Below, in pieces: positions 58,701-64,000 of a stretch of 64,000 nucleotides of DNA. The translations under genes were made by a program, and so were the position numbers. The notes below the pieces were generated by a model. That model was not told the origin of the DNA. It did not search any database and worked only from the letters and a program-made list of their open reading frames with translations. Each line of letters begins with the position of its first letter. The stretch's first letter is position 1. This stretch comes from an uncultured virus (IMG/VR IMGVR_UViG_3300020207_000018) (taxonomy: Duplodnaviria > Heunggongvirae > Uroviricota > Caudoviricetes): the IMG/VR virus record IMGVR_UViG_3300020207_000018, positions 1-64,000 of that record; one strand, 5' to 3'.

Positions 58701-61700
58701 GTTCTGTGTCTTGCCAGATGTCTGTCTCTGGACTTAGTTTAACGTGACCAATAAATGCAAACACAGCGTATGGGTTAACATTTAATGACCTAGATGCCTT
58801 ATTTTGATTAACAAATGATCTTTCTGTATATGGTAATGTGATAATATCACCAGACTTCTTATAGTTACGTGACAATGCTGAGTTAGCAATGATATCAAAG
58901 AACTGAGTATGGTGTTTAGGTCTTAATTGACCTAGTTTTGTATCGATAGCACATTCATAGTCTGGATGTGAAACATCACCAATCTTATGACCTCTAAAGT
59001 TATCTACTAAGAAGCCTGATTTATATCTGTCAAATCCGTCTGCATCTAAAATTTGTTTTGATTGTGTATCTTTTTCTAATAAAGATAGTGCTGTAATTCT
59101 TTCAATGTTTGTAAGTCTTTGGTTTATTCTACCAATATCTTTCATCGTATATCTACGATGATCAAATTGTTTTAAATTGATTTCTTTTAAGTTTGATGTG
59201 TAAGCAGGTATGAACAATTCGAACATTTCAATTGCATCATCTAACTGATTTGGTTTTTGAGGACTAATATCAGGATAACCAATAGAAACTTCAAACTTAC
59301 CATTTCTAGTTAAGAATACTTTATCAATTCTAGGTACATAGAAATCTATATCTGCTGTCACTGAAGATGTAGGCATTGGACATGAAATTGTTCCATTGTC
59401 GACATCGTTAAACACCCTTGATGTGTATACAAATGGTGCAGCTGTTACTTTTGTATTATCTGATAAGTTTAATGGATCGTTCTGATCATAAGCATTTGTA
59501 TCATCATCTTGGAAATTAGTGCCAGGTAAAAAGTCTGTTGATGGTCTAAAGTCTACTGCATCTGATAATTCGAACTTACCGTCTGGTTCAAAACCACCTA
59601 AGTCTACTTTATTTGGTGAGTAATTTGGTATATCTTTGTACTCAACATCAGCACTGTTATAAGAATTTACTGAGTAGTAATCTCCTGTACCACCTCTACT
59701 AAACATGTCAAAGATAACAGTCACAGGATTGTTAGGTGCTGATCTACCTTGTTTTAAAACTAGTTTTGAGAAGTCATAATAACCATCTCTTTGGCCATTG
59801 TCTAAGAAATAGTTGTTCTTAATGTTTGGTGAACCTGCACTTAAGTTTGATAGTACAGCGATACCTGAACTTGTTTGGCCAACAATTGTCTCACCGTCAA
59901 TGAAAGGTATATCATTTAAGTATACAAAGTATGATGTGTTTGTATCACCACCCCAATTGATCAATAATGCTCTTGCTGTTGATGATTGACCTACAATCTC
60001 TTCTTTTAATGCAAAAGAACCTGAACTTATTGTTACAGTTGCGTTTGGTGGTGTTGCCTGACTATTTGAACCTGAAGTTGTGCCTGGAACTGCCTCTAAA
60101 ACTGCATGTATTTTATAGACATCTGGTACACATAGATTCAATTCTTTGTGATCGTATGCAAGACCATAGAAAGGTTTATCACTATTAGATGATCTAAATG
60201 AAACTGATCTGAATTTTTCTAAAGCTTTTGACTTTACAGCAGGTGCTGTTCTCTTAACAGTATAAGTTGCTAATATTTGAGCACCTGATCCTGAATCACT
60301 GAATGTAACATCTAATGAAGTACCTGGTGTACCAAAAGTTACATCGTCTGCGACTAACACGTCACCTAATGCTACGACATCACCAGTTCCGTTTAGTGAT
60401 AATTTAGTAAATTGATATTTGTCATCACCAAAGTCTGAGAATGTTTCGTCTGACTCTTTTGTCAAAGTGATTGTACCATTTGACATTGAGAACAGTCCTT
60501 GTTTTCTGACTTCTACTGTTCCTGTTGGTGTTACATCTGAAACGTAATCTCTAGGCCATGCAAATATATTTGATGTCTGATCTTGGTCTGCAAGTTTTGC
60601 TCTTTTTCTGATAACTGCTACTTGTGTTGCCGCTGAAGGTGTCACTGCACCACCAGCTGTTGTAACTACATTTAACGATGTATCGTTAGTAACAACTGAA
60701 ACTCTATGTTCTGTACCATTAACAACGATATGATCACCAACTTTTACTTCTTTAGTAAACTGTGAACCAACACCTTGTAATTCATTTGTTGAGCCATTAA
60801 ATGTACCTAAACCAGATATTACTGATATATCATCTAATACTACATCGGCACTAAAGTCTAGTCCTACGCTAGCAGGTGAAACTTGACCGACTGAGTGAGA
60901 TTGACTTACATTAAAGACCTGAACACTAGTTGATGCTACTGCTGATGCAGTTCCCTTACCTCTAACTGATACATTATTACCTGATACAAATTGTCCTACT
61001 ACATCATGTAGATAAATGTTATTACTATCGACATATGCAACAATACCTGTTGCGCCTGTAATATCGTCTGTTAGTTTATCACCGTTAGCATATAATGTTG
61101 AGGTTGCTGTTGTAACTCCAACTTTAGTAAACATTTTAATATCAAATAGATATAATTGATATTCATCTGTAGCTGACTCATCAAAATGTCTAACTCTTGC
61201 AAAACCAATATTCTCTGCACTACCACTTAATGCTGATGCAGAAGATTTAGGTAGACTGTAAAGTTTGATTGGTTCGAAAGCATTTGTTGAAGCTGAATCA
61301 CCAATTTCTGGCATTCCATAAATGTTGTTGATTTTTAATTTATTACCTATTCTAACTGGTGTTGATGCGTTAGATAGTTCTGCTGTTGTTCTTGCTTTAT
61401 TAATTGTTAGGTTTGATGTACCTGCTTTTTCAATTTCGTATCCTCTAACATAAGCTTTACCAGCAGATATCTGCATGATAAACTTCTCTTCTTGTCCGCC
61501 TTCTGCTATTGGATAAAACCCTTTGTTATCTGAAGTTTTTAAATGTTCTCTGAAATTACTAGTAAATGGTCTTACAACAAAATCGCCATTGGCATCAAAG
61601 GTTCTTCGTGCCATAGTATTTTCTATTTCAGAATAGATTGGTCTATTGATTGATAGTTCAATGATACCATTGTTAACTCTTGCTAATTCAATGAAGTTAA

Positions 61701-62529
61701 CACTTGTAGTATCTGTTAGTGCTACTTTAGATAATGTAAGATCAAATTTTAATCTATCGGCACCAGGCGCATTATCGTTTGATGAGCCTTGTGCATTGTC
61801 TAAGAGACTATTATCTTCTGTTGATGATATGATAGTTTCATTGATAGAAAGACCAACTCTATATGAAGGATTACCTGCATATTTTTCTAATACGATAAGT
61901 TGTTTGTCTACCTTTACAAAGAAACCTCTTGTAAAAACTACACCTTCTGAAATTTCTGCAATTGAAGCACGACCAGTTGGTGTTGATGATTGTGATAATG
62001 TTTTAAAGTAGTTGTTGTTTGTTGCTACAGCAGAAGTTGATCCAAAACCGTCAGCTGAGAATTCTACTTCTCTTATTTCTTCTGAACCTTTGAATATAAA
62101 AGAACCATCGCTGTCTGTACCTTGTGATAATGCTTTTACAAATAGTGTTATAGAATCATCTTCAGTTTCAGCAGTTGATGAAATAACTTTTGCTACTACA
62201 CCTGTTGTTAAACCTTGAATGAGTTTGCCGTGAAAACTAGTTCTATAAGATTCTACGTTTAGATCGCCGTTTGCATTTGGATTTGAATTTTGTACTTTGA
62301 CAAAATAGATGTCCATGTCAATGTTTGACTGAGCACCTGAAACAATAGAACCTTCTTTAAAGAAATGATCACCAAATTTCTCTACCTGATCTTGTAGAAT
62401 AGATTGAGTTTGAGTTAACTCTCTCGCTTGAATTGGTCGACCAGCACGATACAGAACTTTATGAAATTTCTTGTCTGCATCGTAATCATCGTAATATGGT
62501 GTAATATTTAGATCCGTTTTCTCTGACAT
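55762..62529 (-). CDS. Very large baseplate/virion structural protein (DUF4815-like)
   Basis: [47 protein letters not shown]; internal PT-rich linker. Confidence 0.85.
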   Translation of the reverse strand: MSEKTDLNITPYYDDYDADKKFHKVLYRAGRPIQARELTQTQSILQDQVEKFGDHFFKEGSIVSGAQSNIDMDIYFVKVQNSNPNANGDLNVESYRTSFHGKLIQGLTTGVVAKVISSTAETEDDSITLFVKALSQGTDSDGSFIFKGSEEIREVEFSADGFGSTSAVATNNNYFKTLSQSSTPTGRASIAEISEGVVFTRGFFVKVDKQLIVLEKYAGNPSYRVGLSINETIISSTEDNSLLDNAQGSSNDNAPGADRLKFDLTLSKVALTDTTSVNFIELARVNNGIIELSINRPIYSEIENTMARRTFDANGDFVVRPFTSNFREHLKTSDNKGFYPIAEGGQEEKFIMQISAGKAYVRGYEIEKAGTSNLTINKARTTAELSNASTPVRIGNKLKINNIYGMPEIGDSASTNAFEPIKLYSLPKSSASALSGSAENIGFARVRHFDESATDEYQLYLFDIKMFTKVGVTTATSTLYANGDKLTDDITGATGIVAYVDSNNIYLHDVVGQFVSGNNVSVRGKGTASAVASTSVQVFNVSQSHSVGQVSPASVGLDFSADVVLDDISVISGLGTFNGSTNELQGVGSQFTKEVKVGDHIVVNGTEHRVSVVTNDTSLNVVTTAGGAVTPSAATQVAVIRKRAKLADQDQTSNIFAWPRDYVSDVTPTGTVEVRKQGLFSMSNGTITLTKESDETFSDFGDDKYQFTKLSLNGTGDVVALGDVLVADDVTFGTPGTSLDVTFSDSGSGAQILATYTVKRTAPAVKSKALEKFRSVSFRSSNSDKPFYGLAYDHKELNLCVPDVYKIHAVLEAVPGTTSGSNSQATPPNATVTISSGSFALKEEIVGQSSTARALLINWGGDTNTSYFVYLNDIPFIDGETIVGQTSSGIAVLSNLSAGSPNIKNNYFLDNGQRDGYYDFSKLVLKQGRSAPNNPVTVIFDMFSRGGTGDYYSVNSYNSADVEYKDIPNYSPNKVDLGGFEPDGKFELSDAVDFRPSTDFLPGTNFQDDDTNAYDQNDPLNLSDNTKVTAAPFVYTSRVFNDVDNGTISCPMPTSSVTADIDFYVPRIDKVFLTRNGKFEVSIGYPDISPQKPNQLDDAIEMFELFIPAYTSNLKEINLKQFDHRRYTMKDIGRINQRLTNIERITALSLLEKDTQSKQILDADGFDRYKSGFLVDNFRGHKIGDVSHPDYECAIDTKLGQLRPKHHTQFFDIIANSALSRNYKKSGDIITLPYTERSFVNQNKASRSLNVNPYAVFAFIGHVKLSPETDIWQDTEQLPEVRVNREGNFDAVLAENENALGTVWNAWQTTWVGEPTVVETETLSSVPAAWNGDPSQGGEYTPNTTVTRNVTETPESQIRTGVRTSVVEELVETRNDRIVSVTIVPFCRPRDIEIDAVNLKPNTNHYVFFDGIDVNSYVKPFSTLYSKDGGTSYDQIVKTDGNGRLRATFSLPNDRFQRFPTGAREMVITSSSNNLSNPASRGNAIYQAQGLLQASQTEIVSTRNGRVVIERLSAERQIVRRGELLNVTPGTGTPPEPSPEPPATPAPTPTPEPTEAPIPSPTPTPEPTPSPTPTPTPTPAPTTTPAPTPSPTPTPTPTPTPTSTPIPSPPPIDDPRDFWDVDPRIPRIFDERELRETEWVDPLAESFLVDMDGGMMLSSVDLFFRTKDDALPVSVQVRNMVNGYPGQLVLPFSTVSKNPNEVNISEDGSSATTFTFDSPVYLEKGKEYCFVVLSNSNEYECFISRMGENDLITGETISGQPYAGSLFLSQNASTWTAEQTDDLKFNLKIAQFDTSKVAEVVFENDFIGDVKLQENPVQTFAGQSYVKILNYSHGMYETTSHVTIAGVKGDKEDGVVEIGTPSAISAAVTAQTYETGGSNDAVVTGGTGTGLKVKVVVDAGDLDAVNSIKITDPGSDYAVNDTITVTIDSQTFTVSVTNVENTLGGIPVAAINGTHESLQDYSIDSFNVLPRTSVMSSYDLEGGTSFVATQSVDGGGSQVRSTRNIYYDAIHTMIPSITFNNTQIFSSINRTGMGSPEDSNLDTEYVRRTANDFIKLNDNVYFSRPSVVASPLNELERMGNQRSFRLLLQMRSSNPNVSPYIDTGTIGCLGIMNRINDIDSAADLSDGEVYVPSTEPDGDNNAMVYTTRLVSLKNPATSLKVLSDNFRPPNSDIKVLYKLIKNDEDTPVDDLGFEFFNSTGGPDTAIDQDARNFKEYEYTADNLPEFTGFVIKIVGQATNTSQVPIISGLRCIALA
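57698..57943 (-). repeat. Pro/Thr (PT)n low-complexity linker
   Basis: [22 protein letters not shown]...[19 protein letters not shown]. Confidence 0.9.
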
Positions 62530-62567
62530 AGTTTTAAATTTTATTTAATGTTGTTTAAAACAACTAA

Positions 62568-64000
62568 TTACATTTCAATGATCAGTTTGATATCTTCAAT
62601 CTGATCGGCTGCCCTTGACACAGGACCTCTATTCTCAACATAGAGAATATCACCAGTAAATCTTCTCATCTCTGGATGATCTGCATCTACACCAGCGGCA
62701 TTCACTGAAGTTACAATTGAACCAGAAGCATTGATGTAAATATCATCATTGTTTTGGAACAATATAAACTCACCACCGCCATTTGCTATCGGTTGATAAC
62801 TTATAATATTACCTGACTTAGATACAACTCTACCAACTGCTGTTGATGCGTTGTTTGTTGTACTATCTGTTATAATATCATCTACTGATATACCTGAAGC
62901 ACTACCAACTGTAATTCTATTTGTTACAGTCATTGTTGATAGTGTTGAAATAGCACCGTCTGAGTCTTGTAAAGGATTTTTAATTAGACCAATTTGTCTA
63001 AAATCGTTGTCTGTTGGGAAATCACCTGAGCCTTCGCCAAACTCTAATCTTGAGTTTACTACTACGAAGTTACCGCCTAGTTCGTCAACTGGATTTGCAC
63101 CATGACCACCAATTGGTGACATTACAACGTGAACTTCTGCACCTGAACCTGATGCTATAGGTGTAGCAGCTGAGTCATCTACGATGTTTGCATCGATAGT
63201 ATCTAATGATGCACGTCTGTAACCTGAACCGTATGATGATGAATCTTTAAAATATGCATCTACTAATTCACCTGAGTCAAATGATAATGTTACAACAGCA
63301 CCTGAACCGTCACCTTGGACTGGAATGTCACATGTGAATGTACTTGAACCTCCACTTGTCGCAGTATAACCTGAACCAGCAGATTTAACAATATATCTAA
63401 ACACTGCACCGTCAACCGCATCGTTTTCTACATCCCATTGAGCAGAACCGTCATCGGTTGCTGATGAACCGAATCCACCGTTTGTACCGATACCAGCAAT
63501 TCCTGATTTAGCACCGAGAGTCTTTACAGGAATAAAATCGTTAGTTACAAATTTAATAACATCTGAGGCAGTAATTTGATACATAAATTTCCACATATAT
63601 CCGTCTGAGGTAGTTTCAGGATCAGTGGTACTAACTGAAGTTGGTTGGTCTGTTGAATTAACGGGATTTACACCGCTATAAGGTGTTTTTAAACACTTAT
63701 AGACTTTATATTCGTCTGTAATTATATAACCCTTACCATCAAACCAGTTCACTATTGAACCGTCTGAACTTGAAGGTACTGCTGTACCTACACCGTAATC
63801 GTCTCTATACTCGTCATATACTGTACCTGATGTCCAGTCATATCTTACAAGTCCGTGTGATACATCACCTGAAGAAACTTGTTTAAGAGCAATCATATTT
63901 GATTGTGCTCCTAATATTTCCTCTACTGAATTGTTTGGACTTGGTGGGTTATTATCGTCAATTGATGAATCATCAGCATCTACCCATGCGTGTGATCTAC
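62568..64000 (-). CDS. gp8: Baseplate wedge subunit gp8-like, 5' end beyond the window
   Basis: RYDWTSG, YKVYKCL, DGYMWKFMY, DFRQIGLIKNP, GDILYVENR; the frame stays open upstream of 63896 to the window end. Confidence 0.85.
   Translation of the reverse strand, partial: RSHAWVDADDSSIDDNNPPSPNNSVEEILGAQSNMIALKQVSSGDVSHGLVRYDWTSGTVYDEYRDDYGVGTAVPSSSDGSIVNWFDGKGYIITDEYKVYKCLKTPYSGVNPVNSTDQPTSVSTTDPETTSDGYMWKFMYQITASDVIKFVTNDFIPVKTLGAKSGIAGIGTNGGFGSSATDDGSAQWDVENDAVDGAVFRYIVKSAGSGYTATSGGSSTFTCDIPVQGDGSGAVVTLSFDSGELVDAYFKDSSSYGSGYRRASLDTIDANIVDDSAATPIASGSGAEVHVVMSPIGGHGANPVDELGGNFVVVNSRLEFGEGSGDFPTDNDFRQIGLIKNPLQDSDGAISTLSTMTVTNRITVGSASGISVDDIITDSTTNNASTAVGRVVSKSGNIISYQPIANGGGEFILFQNNDDIYINASGSIVTSVNAAGVDADHPEMRRFTGDILYVENRGPVSRAADQIEDIKLIIEM

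Noticed and set aside
1..64000. tRNA or rRNA genes
   Set aside because: No cloverleaf or T-loop signature was recognised in the few intergenic gaps. A tRNAscan-SE run would be needed to exclude them fully.

Overview
This is a 64 kb piece of an AT-rich T4-like myovirus genome. The gene content resembles marine T4-like phages, but the host cannot be determined from the sequence. Almost everything is on the minus strand. From high to low coordinates the window holds: baseplate and tail-fibre genes (gp8-like, a 2255-aa structural protein, many fibre-like proteins); a glycosyltransferase/2OG-Fe(II) oxygenase cluster; the T4 neck-packaging-tail-head block (gp13-gp23); gp3, uvsY, uvsW, gp55, gp47, gp46, peptide deformylase, a vWA/MoxR pair, gp45, gp44, gp62 and regA; and finally a curli (CsgF/CsgG/curlin/FecR) cassette. 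The most striking signal is two adjacent gene pairs (41037-43954 and 51065-53660) encoding Pro-delimited repeat proteins. Their repeat units match one-to-one in length and in motif class only when one protein is read N->C and its partner C->N. The match is 39 of 39 units in pair 1 and about 30 units in pair 2, with the same pairing 'alphabet' and co-varying deviant units. This suggests antiparallel heteromeric fibres assembled by a protein-level complementary code. The window also contains a tandem glutamine (glnA-type) riboswitch in front of a 50-aa peptide, a Hint domain on one fibre protein, and a possible hydroxyproline-glycosylation pathway. All family assignments come from motif recognition by eye, not from database searches.
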